This document shows, one piece after another, positions 38,985 to 48,300 of a DNA stretch of 64,000 nt. A program made the translations under genes and the position numbers. Source of the DNA: Candidatus Poribacteria bacterium (lineage in GTDB: Bacteria; Poribacteria; WGA-4E; PCPOR2b); assembly GCA_965116925.1 (NCBI GenBank), contig OZ220744.1:5568001-5632000 (forward strand), written 5' to 3'. Below the pieces are notes generated by a model. The model saw only the letters and a program-made list of their open reading frames with translations, did not search any database and was not told where the DNA came from. Numbering within the stretch: the stretch's first letter is position 1; each line of letters opens with the position of its first letter.

Positions 38985-39017
38985 GTGGTTGTCAATATCG
39001 TTTTTAAGGAGATTGTA

Positions 39018-39368
39018 ATGCCAAAAGTAAAAACAGGTAGCGTCCGTCGCCAACGCCGCAAAAGAATCATGAAACACTCAAAGAGCTATCGCGGCGGTCG
39101 CAATAATCTGAAGCGGTCTGCGATGGAGGCTGTCGAAAAGGGCTGGAATTACGCCTATGCCCACCGGAGAGCGCGGAAACGGGAGTTCCGGCAGTTGTGG
39201 ATTGCCCGTATCAATGCCGCCGCACGGATGCACGGCTTATCCTATAGCCGTTTTATGAACGGATTGAAAAAAGCAGGAATTGACCTCAATCGCAAGGTCC
39301 TCGCTGACCTCGCTGTCCATGATGAGGCTGGATTTGCCCGTATTGTGGAGCTCGCAAAAGGACAGTAA
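39018..39368 (+). CDS. rplT: 50S ribosomal protein L20
   Basis: [24 protein letters not shown]; start after AAGGAG. Confidence 0.97.
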   Translation: MPKVKTGSVRRQRRKRIMKHSKSYRGGRNNLKRSAMEAVEKGWNYAYAHRRARKREFRQLWIARINAAARMHGLSYSRFMNGLKKAGIDLNRKVLADLAVHDEAGFARIVELAKGQ

Positions 39369-39383
39369 AATTGAGTTTGCGTA

Positions 39384-39661
39384 AAGGCTATGAAAGGACA
39401 GAGTAAGCGGTTCGAGCCTTCTAATTAGAGAGGATGCGTCACCGGCTGAAAGCGCATCTTTAGAACGAGTCGCTGAATTTCATCCTGGAGCCGCCGAGTT
39501 GAACGCCGATTGTGGCAATTAGGCTTGTGCCGGGAGTTTCACCGTTACCGAAACAATTAATGAAGTGGGCAGATACTATATCTGCCAATAAGGGTGGTAC
39601 CGCGGAAGATCTCGACGCCTGTCACTTTCGTCCCTTGGACGGGGTGATAGGCGTTTTTTTT
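39384..39661 (+). ncRNA. T-box riboswitch (Phe, UUC specifier) with antiterminator and terminator
   Basis: K-turn base, AGTA/GAA loop E, AGAGA and GCTGAAAG, TTC at 39479-39481, CCGTTA, AATAAGGGTGGTACCGCG at 39587-39604, terminator 39615-39661. Confidence 0.93.
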
Positions 39662-39682
39662 GCAATTTTACAGGAGATAAAT

Positions 39683-40699
39683 ATGCAAGAAGAGTTAAAG
39701 CAGATCGAAACTGAAGGGCTGACAGACCTCGAAACTGTAAGCGACTTGCGCGAATTGGAATCCCTACGGATTAAGTATTTCGGACGCAGGGGTTTGCTCT
39801 CCACAGTGATGCGAGGGATGGGGAAACTCTCCAAAGCAGAACGACCAATTGTTGGTAAACTCGCGAATGAAGTGCGAGCGGGGCTCACAGAGGCATTTGA
39901 TCAAGCCGAAAGAGCTCTCAACCAACAAGCGCGAGAACAGCAACTTGCAGCGGAGGCTGTGGATATTACGCTGCCCGGTCGCCCACCGCAGCTGGGGAAA
40001 AAGCATCCGGTGACCCAAACCTTCGATCGCATTCAAGAGATCTTCCGGGGCATGGGATTCCAGATTGCTGAAGGTCCCGAGGTTGAGCATGAATATTACA
40101 ATTTTGATGCGCTGAACACTCCCGCGGAACATCCCGCCAGAGATTCACACGATACATTTTATATCACTGATAGCTTACTGTTGCGGACACATACCTCACC
40201 GGTTCAAGTCCGCTATATGGAAAAACAGAAGCCTCCCATACGGATCATCGTCCCGGGCCGAGTGTATCGCTGCGATTCCGATGCGTCCCACACACCGATG
40301 TTCCATCAGGTCGAAGGTCTATTGGTTGCCGAGCAAGTCACCTTCAGTGAGTTGAAGGGTGTCTTATACGCTTTCGTGCAGCAGATGTTCGGAGAGGGAA
40401 CCCGGACTCGTTTCCGCCCCCACTTCTTCCCATTCACAGAGCCGAGTGCAGAAGTTGATATTTCCTGCACAACCTGCCACGGTGGCGGGTGTCGCCTCTG
40501 CTCAGGCACCGGTTGGCTTGAGATCTTGGGGGCGGGCTCGGTGCATCCAAACGTCTTCCGTTATGTCAATTACGATCCGGAACAGTTTACTGGCTTTGCG
40601 TTCGGAATGGGTGTAGATCGGATTGCGACTCTGAAATACGGCATCCCGGACCTACGGTTGATGTTTGATAATGACATGCGGTTCGCCCAGCAATTTTAG
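39683..40699 (+). CDS. pheS: Phenylalanine--tRNA ligase alpha subunit
   Basis: HPARDSHDTF, LRTHTSPVQ, FHQVEG, FPFTEPS, GFAFGMG; true start follows the T-box. Confidence 0.98.
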   Translation: MQEELKQIETEGLTDLETVSDLRELESLRIKYFGRRGLLSTVMRGMGKLSKAERPIVGKLANEVRAGLTEAFDQAERALNQQAREQQLAAEAVDITLPGRPPQLGKKHPVTQTFDRIQEIFRGMGFQIAEGPEVEHEYYNFDALNTPAEHPARDSHDTFYITDSLLLRTHTSPVQVRYMEKQKPPIRIIVPGRVYRCDSDASHTPMFHQVEGLLVAEQVTFSELKGVLYAFVQQMFGEGTRTRFRPHFFPFTEPSAEVDISCTTCHGGGCRLCSGTGWLEILGAGSVHPNVFRYVNYDPEQFTGFAFGMGVDRIATLKYGIPDLRLMFDNDMRFAQQF

Positions 40700-40721
40700 G
40701 ACTAGTGGAGGAAAATGAATA

Positions 40722-43118
40722 ATGAACGTAAGCATCAAGTGGTTAAAAGAATATGTCGATTTCGATCTATCCCCTGAAGCACTAGCGGAGCGGTTGCTGA
40801 TGCTCGGTATGGAAATCGAATCCATCAAACAACTTGGAGAGGGATTGGATCGGGTGGTTGTCGGCAGAATCAATGCCGTAGATAAGCACCCACAGGCTGA
40901 CAAACTAGTGCTATGCCATGTTGATGTGGGATCGGGTACAGACGCACAAATCGTCTGTGGTGCCCCGAATGCACGCGAGGGGTTAGTTGCTCCTGTTGCG
41001 CTCGTTGGCGCACAATTGCCCAACGGATTGACGATTAAGCGGGCAAAGATCCGGGGTGAGGAATCGCAAGGGATGCTCTGTTCGGAACAAGAGCTGGCAA
41101 TTTCAGATGAGGCATCGGGGTTGATGGAACTCCCCGACGCCACACAAATTGGCGCACCGATTGTCGAAGCTCTCGGTCTGGACGATGTTGTGTTGGAACT
41201 TGAGATCACACCCAATCGCCCGGATTGTCTCAGTATGATCGGGGTCGCTAGGGAAATTAGCGTAACCACGGGAAATCCGCTCAGGCTGCCCGAAGTAAAT
41301 ATCCAACAGGGGCTGACGGATAGCCATGATCTTACCAGCGTAACGATTGAGGCACCAGACCTGTGTCCACGTTACGCAGCGCGAGTTATCCGCGGGGTAA
41401 AAATCGCGCCTTCCCCCGATTGGCTGCAGCGTCAACTTGAAAGTATCGGCGTTGGAACAATTAACAACATCGTTGATATTACAAATTACGTCCTTATGGA
41501 ATACGGACACCCCTTGCACGCTTTCGATTACCATCGACTCACTGAAAACCGGATCGTTGTCCGTCGCGCCAAGCCGGGTGAGAAATTGAAAACAATCGAT
41601 GCAGAAGAACGGGAGCTGACCTCCGACATGCTTGTCATCGCCGATGCGGAGAACCCGGTCGCACTGGCTGGTGTGATGGGTGGATTCGATTCGGAGATTA
41701 CCGATCAGACGGTTGATGTGCTGCTTGAAAGTGCGTACTTCCACCCCCCAAGCATTCGGAAAACATCGAAGGCTTTGGGGATGCACACCGAAGCCTCTCA
41801 CCGATTTGAACGCGGCGCAGATCCTGAAGGCGTTATCCCCGCTCTCAACCGTGCAGCACAACTCATCACGGAAATCGCCGGTGGAGAGATCTGTTCGCGG
41901 ATTGTTGATGTGTATCCGGGTAAGCGAGAAGCTACCGATATTAAATTCCGTCCAGAGCGCGCCAACTTTGTATTGGGAACTGAAATTAATGCGGATAAAA
42001 TGCGTAACATCCTGACCCGCCTTGGCTTTACTGTGTCCAATACGTTTGAAGTTACAGTTCCCACCTTCCGTCCCGATGTGGGGCAGGAGATTGATCTGAT
42101 CGAGGAAATTGCACGTGTACACGGCTTCGATAACATTCCAACCACGCTGCCAAGAGGTGATATCCCTATTCCGCAGGTTGACCCAAAGGAAGATCTGCGT
42201 GAGCGCGTGAAAACATACCTCCTACAATGTGGCATGATGGAAGCGATGAATTACGCATTCTATCATCCGGACGTTTTTGATCGTATCCGCCTTGCGCCGA
42301 CAGATCCACTCCGTCAAGCGGTTCAAATTGCTAATCCATTGAGCGAAGACCAGTCGATTATGCGAACAACCCTGCTTCCTAGCTTGCTCGCAAACGCCCA
42401 GCGTAACCGGAACCATCAGATTAACGATGTGCAATTCTTTGAGTGCAGCAAAGTCTTTATTTCAAATGGAACAGGTGAATACCCAAATGAACCTGAACGT
42501 GTTGCGGGTATCATAGCGGGTAATCTCGGTGCCGGTGTATACGGCGATCCGCTCCGTCCGGCAGACTTCTTCGACATCAAAGGAGTCGTTGAAGGCATGC
42601 TAGACCGATGTGGTATCTTAGATTATACCATCACCCATACCGACCATCCAGCCTTCCATCCCGGACGCCGGGCAGAAATCTGCATTGAAGATAAAGCGTT
42701 GTGCGTCTTCGGTGAAGCCCACCCGGAGGTGCTGGAAACTTACGATCTGCCCCATAAGGCTTATCTGTTTGAGCTCGATTTTGAGAGATTGGTTGGCGTG
42801 GGTGAACCGATAAAACAATTTGAGCCTATCCCAATCTACCCCAGTGTCAATCGGGATCTCGCTATTGTGCTAGATGTGGATACGCCCGCCAACCGTCCGA
42901 CCGAAATCATTAAATCTGCCGGTGGCGAGTTAGTCTCTGGGTTGCATCTGTTCGATGTCTACACAGGCGAACAGGTCCCCGAAGGAAAGAAAAGTTTGGC
43001 ATTCGCAATTGAATATCGCTCGACAACGGAGACGCTTACGGATGAAATCGTCGATCGAGTTCACGGCGGAATTTTGAAACAGTTAGAACGGGAACTGGGG
43101 GCGACACTGCGTAGCTGA
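40722..43118 (+). CDS. pheT: Phenylalanine--tRNA ligase beta subunit
   Basis: IVCGAPN, TPNRPDCLS, RFERG, DLIEEIARVHG, FDVYTG. Confidence 0.98.
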   Translation: MNVSIKWLKEYVDFDLSPEALAERLLMLGMEIESIKQLGEGLDRVVVGRINAVDKHPQADKLVLCHVDVGSGTDAQIVCGAPNAREGLVAPVALVGAQLPNGLTIKRAKIRGEESQGMLCSEQELAISDEASGLMELPDATQIGAPIVEALGLDDVVLELEITPNRPDCLSMIGVAREISVTTGNPLRLPEVNIQQGLTDSHDLTSVTIEAPDLCPRYAARVIRGVKIAPSPDWLQRQLESIGVGTINNIVDITNYVLMEYGHPLHAFDYHRLTENRIVVRRAKPGEKLKTIDAEERELTSDMLVIADAENPVALAGVMGGFDSEITDQTVDVLLESAYFHPPSIRKTSKALGMHTEASHRFERGADPEGVIPALNRAAQLITEIAGGEICSRIVDVYPGKREATDIKFRPERANFVLGTEINADKMRNILTRLGFTVSNTFEVTVPTFRPDVGQEIDLIEEIARVHGFDNIPTTLPRGDIPIPQVDPKEDLRERVKTYLLQCGMMEAMNYAFYHPDVFDRIRLAPTDPLRQAVQIANPLSEDQSIMRTTLLPSLLANAQRNRNHQINDVQFFECSKVFISNGTGEYPNEPERVAGIIAGNLGAGVYGDPLRPADFFDIKGVVEGMLDRCGILDYTITHTDHPAFHPGRRAEICIEDKALCVFGEAHPEVLETYDLPHKAYLFELDFERLVGVGEPIKQFEPIPIYPSVNRDLAIVLDVDTPANRPTEIIKSAGGELVSGLHLFDVYTGEQVPEGKKSLAFAIEYRSTTETLTDEIVDRVHGGILKQLERELGATLRS

Positions 43119-43133
43119 GTGGCACGGCAGCGT

Positions 43134-44165
43134 TTACCGGTGCCACCATCTTCTCTTAGATTTGGTTTCCGGCAGGTGGGGTTGGAGGGATTTTTCGGAG
43201 CGTAGGGATTTGAGCAGGTTCGACATTTCCTTATTCCTTTTGTCGGTCTCTAAGACAGTTTCACATATTGCAATGGCGCGTCCCCCAATCGCCGGATCCT
43301 GCGTCGCTTGATAGGCAAGCCCACAGATTGTTGCTGCGGCAGTGTTGTACTCCACCGGCTCAATCCCGCTCGGTAGTTCATCAGGGAGCCAATCAAGAAG
43401 GGCAAGCCCAACCTGCCATTTCTGAGACTTGGCGTCACAAATCAGCTTGTGATACAGCAAATCCGCCAACGAATCATCGAGCCAATACGCTTGCTCATAA
43501 CAAGCAGCCGCTTCGTCATACGCCTCATTAGCAATGTGGAGTTTCGCCAACTCCGTATAGAACGCATATAATCCGTGATCGGTGATGGCGTACACTTCGT
43601 GTTGTGTACTCATCAACCATTCTCCTGCTTCCAGAAATTCGATTGCCGAATTTTTTTCCTCCTCCGTAATAATAATGCCTGTGAGGAGGTGCTTCGCCAC
43701 CGCTGCATTCGGGTAGATTTTGGTACGACTTTTCATCAGGGGATACGCTTGCACCGGTTTGTCCATCTGAAGCAGCTTGAGTCCCGTTGCGATTCGGAAA
43801 AGCGAGACGATTGAATCGCTGTTTTTTCGCGCCCTTTCATCGAAAACCGACGTTTGATTGTCAGCGATGTAGCGATTGAGGGACTCTAATTCCGAGCGGA
43901 TTGTTGGATCGGCAGGCACTATTTCGTGCGCCTTCGCAAGGAACCTTTGGGCGGTGAACAATTCATCCCACTCCCGATAGATCCGTCCCAGTGATCGATT
44001 CGCCTGTGCCAGAAGCGGCGGTGCAACGGCGACAGACGCAATGGTATCCCACGCTTGGATCGCCGTTGAAAGTTCCTTCGGCTCCGTCAGGGCTTGGGCA
44101 TGATCGACAAATCGATCCAACTCTGCTCCGATTTTCGCTCTGTCGAATATGAAAATCTGGTCCAT
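43134..44165 (-). CDS. TPR-like hypothetical protein
   Basis: Helical TPR-like segments (LGRIY...AQRFLAKA; YDEAAACYEQA). Confidence 0.65.
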   Translation of the reverse strand: MDQIFIFDRAKIGAELDRFVDHAQALTEPKELSTAIQAWDTIASVAVAPPLLAQANRSLGRIYREWDELFTAQRFLAKAHEIVPADPTIRSELESLNRYIADNQTSVFDERARKNSDSIVSLFRIATGLKLLQMDKPVQAYPLMKSRTKIYPNAAVAKHLLTGIIITEEEKNSAIEFLEAGEWLMSTQHEVYAITDHGLYAFYTELAKLHIANEAYDEAAACYEQAYWLDDSLADLLYHKLICDAKSQKWQVGLALLDWLPDELPSGIEPVEYNTAAATICGLAYQATQDPAIGGRAIAICETVLETDKRNKEMSNLLKSLRSEKSLQPHLPETKSKRRWWHR

Positions 44166-44183
44166 TGGTGATCCTCTCAGATC

Positions 44184-44393
44184 TTAGGCTCTAGCGGATA
44201 CCCAATCCTCCGTGTTTTTCTCAAATTCCTCAGCAACTTCATCGGAGATAGTATCCTTGATAACCGTAATCAGATGGTCTCGGAATTTGCCCCAATCTGC
44301 CCCGCGCCCGGTAAAGCGGTATCGGTTGTCGATTTCGACAAACATAGTATCATTCGGTTCGTGATGTGATTCAAAATAGCGATTAACTTTCAT
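44184..44393 (-). CDS. Small hypothetical protein (69 aa)
   Basis: GGAGG RBS before MKVNRYFESHH. Confidence 0.65.
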   Translation of the reverse strand: MKVNRYFESHHEPNDTMFVEIDNRYRFTGRGADWGKFRDHLITVIKDTISDEVAEEFEKNTEDWVSARA

Positions 44394-44477
44394 AACTTCC
44401 TCCAGAAAAAGAAAGGGAACAAGTGAGAAAAGACAAGAGACAATTACACGTTTTCGACCTTGCACACTTTCTGTTTT

Positions 44478-44569
44478 GACTCATGTTAAGAAATAGTGCA
44501 ACAGAACCCGAGTTTTGCCGAAAAAACTCGGGTTCTCTTCGTGCTTTGCACCTTCTTTTTATATGAGCC
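44478..44569 (+). mobile_element. Family-A MITE, minimal form, with 8 bp target duplication
   Basis: GACTCATGTTAAGAAA ... TTTTTATATGAGCC; TCTGTTTT at 44470-44477 and 44570-44577. Confidence 0.85.
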
Positions 44570-44622
44570 TCTGTTTTTACTCGTTTTCACGTTTTCACGT
44601 CTTCCCGTTCTCATCTGTACCT

Positions 44623-45312
44623 CTATTTGCTGCCGATCGTCCACTCACTAATCTCCCATCCAGATTCTATTGCGACCTGTCGTAACCCTTTGCTCGGATT
44701 GACGACGATTGGGTTGCCAACGCATTGTAGCATGGGCAGATCTGCACGGCTATCGCCATAGGCATAGCTTGCGGCGAGGTCAACGTTATACCGTTCGACA
44801 ACAGTCTGGATAGCGCGGACCTTCTCCTCTTCGCTCAAAGGCAGCGTTGTCAATTCCCCCGTAAATTTTCCGTGTGTCTCCTCAAGTTGCACAGTCAACG
44901 CAGCGTCTGCTTGGACATAGTCGGCAAGGGGTTGGATGATAAAATCAAGAGAGCCAGTCACAAGCACAATCAGATCGCCCCGGCTTTGGTGTTCCCGAAT
45001 ACAATCTAAGGCGGCGGGAAAGAGTTTTGGGCGCACATAAGTCTCAAACTGCTCGACAGCGAGCTGCTTGACACTTTCCGCATTTAATCCTCGATAGTTA
45101 CGATAGAAAACTCGGTTGAATCTCGTGCGACTCACTTTATCTAGAAAAAAGTAGTAGACAACTTTCAACGCGAACCAAGCAAGCCAGAAGGGGCGTAGAA
45201 AGGGAGGAAGCAGGTGGGAACGGAATTGGACGTAATAGTGGACAATAGTCGTGCTCACGATGGTGCCATCAACATCAAAAAAGGCAGCCGTTTTTTTTTC
45301 TTCCGCTGACAT
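44623..45312 (-). CDS. HAD-IB family hydrolase
   Basis: AAFFDVDGT, VTGS, AYGDSRADLPML, VNP. Confidence 0.92.
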   Translation of the reverse strand: MSAEEKKTAAFFDVDGTIVSTTIVHYYVQFRSHLLPPFLRPFWLAWFALKVVYYFFLDKVSRTRFNRVFYRNYRGLNAESVKQLAVEQFETYVRPKLFPAALDCIREHQSRGDLIVLVTGSLDFIIQPLADYVQADAALTVQLEETHGKFTGELTTLPLSEEEKVRAIQTVVERYNVDLAASYAYGDSRADLPMLQCVGNPIVVNPSKGLRQVAIESGWEISEWTIGSK

Positions 45313-45313
45313 C

Positions 45314-48300
45314 TTACGCCTCACGATTTACATGATCCGCTCGCAATGATTCAATCTCAGCCCTGACGGCGTCGGCAAGTTTTCTGTAAGTTTCCTGTTC
45401 TAGTCCTGAAGCGGCGTCCGTCTTCCCTATTTCGTGTCCGCTAGATGGCATGATAGGCTTACCAAAAGTCACCCGAATGCGGCTCTTACGCGGCAGATTT
45501 CTGCCCTTAGGCAGCGCATGGTAGGTGCCGTTAATATAAGTGGGGATGATCGGGGATCCAGATTCATAAGCCAACAAGCCGAGTCCGGGTTTGAACGGTT
45601 GAAGCTCCCCGGTGACAGAGCGGGTGCCTTCGGGATAAATCAGCAGGCACTCGTTCTGTTTCAGTACCTCTTGTGAGATTCGGAGTCCCTGCAAGAAATT
45701 AGCATGCCGATCGAACGGCACGAATTTGAGCAGTTCACCAGAAAACCACGATTTGAAACGGGTGCTAAACCAGTAGTCTTTTGCAGCGAGAACTCTCAAG
45801 CGTTTGGATTCGTCACCTAAAACAGTCATGACCGCGAGCGTATCGAGGTGACTTGAATGATTGGCGGCGATGATATACGGCTGTTCGCGCGGAAGGTTTT
45901 CCAGTCCATTACACTTAATCGAGAAGTAACACTTATAAATCGCCCACACACCGAATCGGAATAGCCCCGCTAGTGTAGCAGATATAAGTGAGGATTCAGG
46001 TCGCACAATATAGGCAGATGTTTCTTCATCAATGGGAGGCGGTGCGGAATCAGATTGCAACGTCTTGACTGTTTCCGTTACGTCACCAACCGTCTGGATT
46101 TTGGCAATCAACTCATCGGGAATTGAGCGTTGCAGTCTAGACTCCAGCAGAAGCAGCAATTCCACCCGCGCCATTGAATCCAGTCCGAGTTCTGTCCCCA
46201 AATTGCTGTTTAACTGGATCTGATCCGCTGGCAGACGCGCCAAACGGCTGAGTTCAGAAATAATAACCCCCTCGACTCCCGCAGGTGTATCAGTAGCCAC
46301 CGTTGACTTCAAGGTATCCTCGTTTCCATCGGTAGCCAGAGTATCTTTGACAGGATCGGGCTGCGGAGTCACCTGTGCTTGTCGAGAGAGTTGCTCTTGC
46401 AAGACCTCTTTAACACGTCGGCGATTTACTGCTGCGTCCGATGTCTTGGGCAATTCAGTATCCCAAAAGTGCACTGTTTGGAGGTGTTGATACGTCGGCA
46501 AATCTTGGGCGCGTTCCTGAATGTGTTGATGGATGGCTTTCTCAACCTCAGTCCTATCCCGATTATCATCATGAACTGGAACGATGATGGCATGAGCCGC
46601 TTCAAACAGATTATCAGTGCTCATGCCAACGACGCAGATCTCTGAGATCAAGGGACTATGTTGGTAGAGTGCTTCAAGCTCGACCGGGTAGATATTTTTA
46701 CCGGCACCGGACACAATCACATTTTTGCTGCGGCCGGCGAGATACAGATAACCCTCTTCATCAAAGTACCCCAAATCGCCTGTATAGAGCAGCCCGTCTC
46801 GAATGACCTGTTCTGTCACGGCTTGGTTTCGATAGTAGCCTTGCATCAGGCTTGGGCTGCTTGCGACGATCTCACCAACACCGTTTTCATCAGGATTGAT
46901 AATCTGAAGTTCTACTCCCTGAACTTCAGGTCCCACTGTCCCCCGCTTGCTTTTGTGGTGAGGGTTTACGCTCAGAACAGGAGAGGCTTCTGTCATGCCA
47001 TAGCCTTGATAAATTGTTAATCCAAACTCCATGAATCGATCGTATACTTCGTCCGGCAATGCAGCACCCCCGCTGACTAGAACGCGGATATGCCCTCCTA
47101 ATGCAGCTTGAATCTCCTTAACAGTTTCTGGGTCGAGCGGTGCTTCCATCGCTTCAGGGGACTGCACGACATAACGTTTAATCGTATCGTACAATAGCTG
47201 GAACAAGCGCGGCACCCCAATAAGCACAGTGGTCTTGGTTTCCCGCATGATCGCCAAAATCGAGGTCGGTCTCAAACTATTGGTGTATGTGATGGTTGTA
47301 CCGGCGTAAATCGACATTAAGAAATTGCAAGAGAACCCTAGCGCGTGGTACAACGGCAGAACTGAAAGGAATCGATCCGTATCTTCGGGAGGCAACGCCT
47401 TTGAGACAGCAACAACGTTCGCAACAAAACCCCTGTGTGAAATCATCGCCCCCCGCGCATCTACAGTAGTGCCCATTGTGAAGATGATCGACGCAACCGT
47501 ATCTGGATGAATATCCACGTCGGGAAAATTATCAGGAACTGCGGGAAGTGACGAGTCCGTAGGCACAGAGGTTTCAGTTTGCTCACATTCACAAGGTTGG
47601 CAGAAACGATTAATATTCAAAAAGTCCAGCGACGCGGATCCTGCGCTTGATTTTATAGGGGTACTGTGTAAACGAGTGAAGCAAGCTTCAGAAGTCAAAA
47701 TTGCCTTCGCTTCAGTGTATTCCGCAAGCGCGAAGATTTCTTCTTCAGCGGTCTGTGGGTCAATTGGAACCACAATCACCCCAATCTGTACAGCGGCTAA
47801 ATAAGCGATACCCCACTCCGGCTGATTTTCAGCAAAAAGGATTGCTCGATCGCCTTTTCGGTAACCCCGTTCCCACAGTGTAAAAGCAACCTGCCGCGAA
47901 ACCTCATAGAGTTGACTATAAGAATAGCGCACCCACTCACCACCCCGTTTCATCTCCAACGCAATTTTATCGGGAATGGATGCTGCCTGTTGGGCGACCA
48001 AATCTATCATTGTCTGATCCTCGATCGGTTTGGAAGATCCATTGATAGATTGCTCCTCGGATTCCTGACGCGCTCTAAATTCTTCTTCGGAAGGGGTATC
48101 CACCGGTAATTCGTCAATACGATTAGGTGTCGGTTCGCTGATTCTCTGACTTCCTGAGTCGTCGCCTAGTTTGAGAAAGTGCCGTTTGATTCCTGGGATA
48201 TGTATTTCTTGGAAATAACGTCGCCAATCAATCCGTGACATGTCAAAGTTGAACTGTTGTTGATCGGCAGGCGAAAGGGAATCGTAGAGTGCTTCTGTCT

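Noticed and set aside
39512..39682. N-terminal extension of PheS or a pheM leader peptide
   Set aside because: The region is the T-box leader; the RBS and start are at 39683
41103..42122. 339 aa antisense ORF and other shadow ORFs
   Set aside because: They lie opposite well-supported genes (here pheT) and show no recognisable motifs
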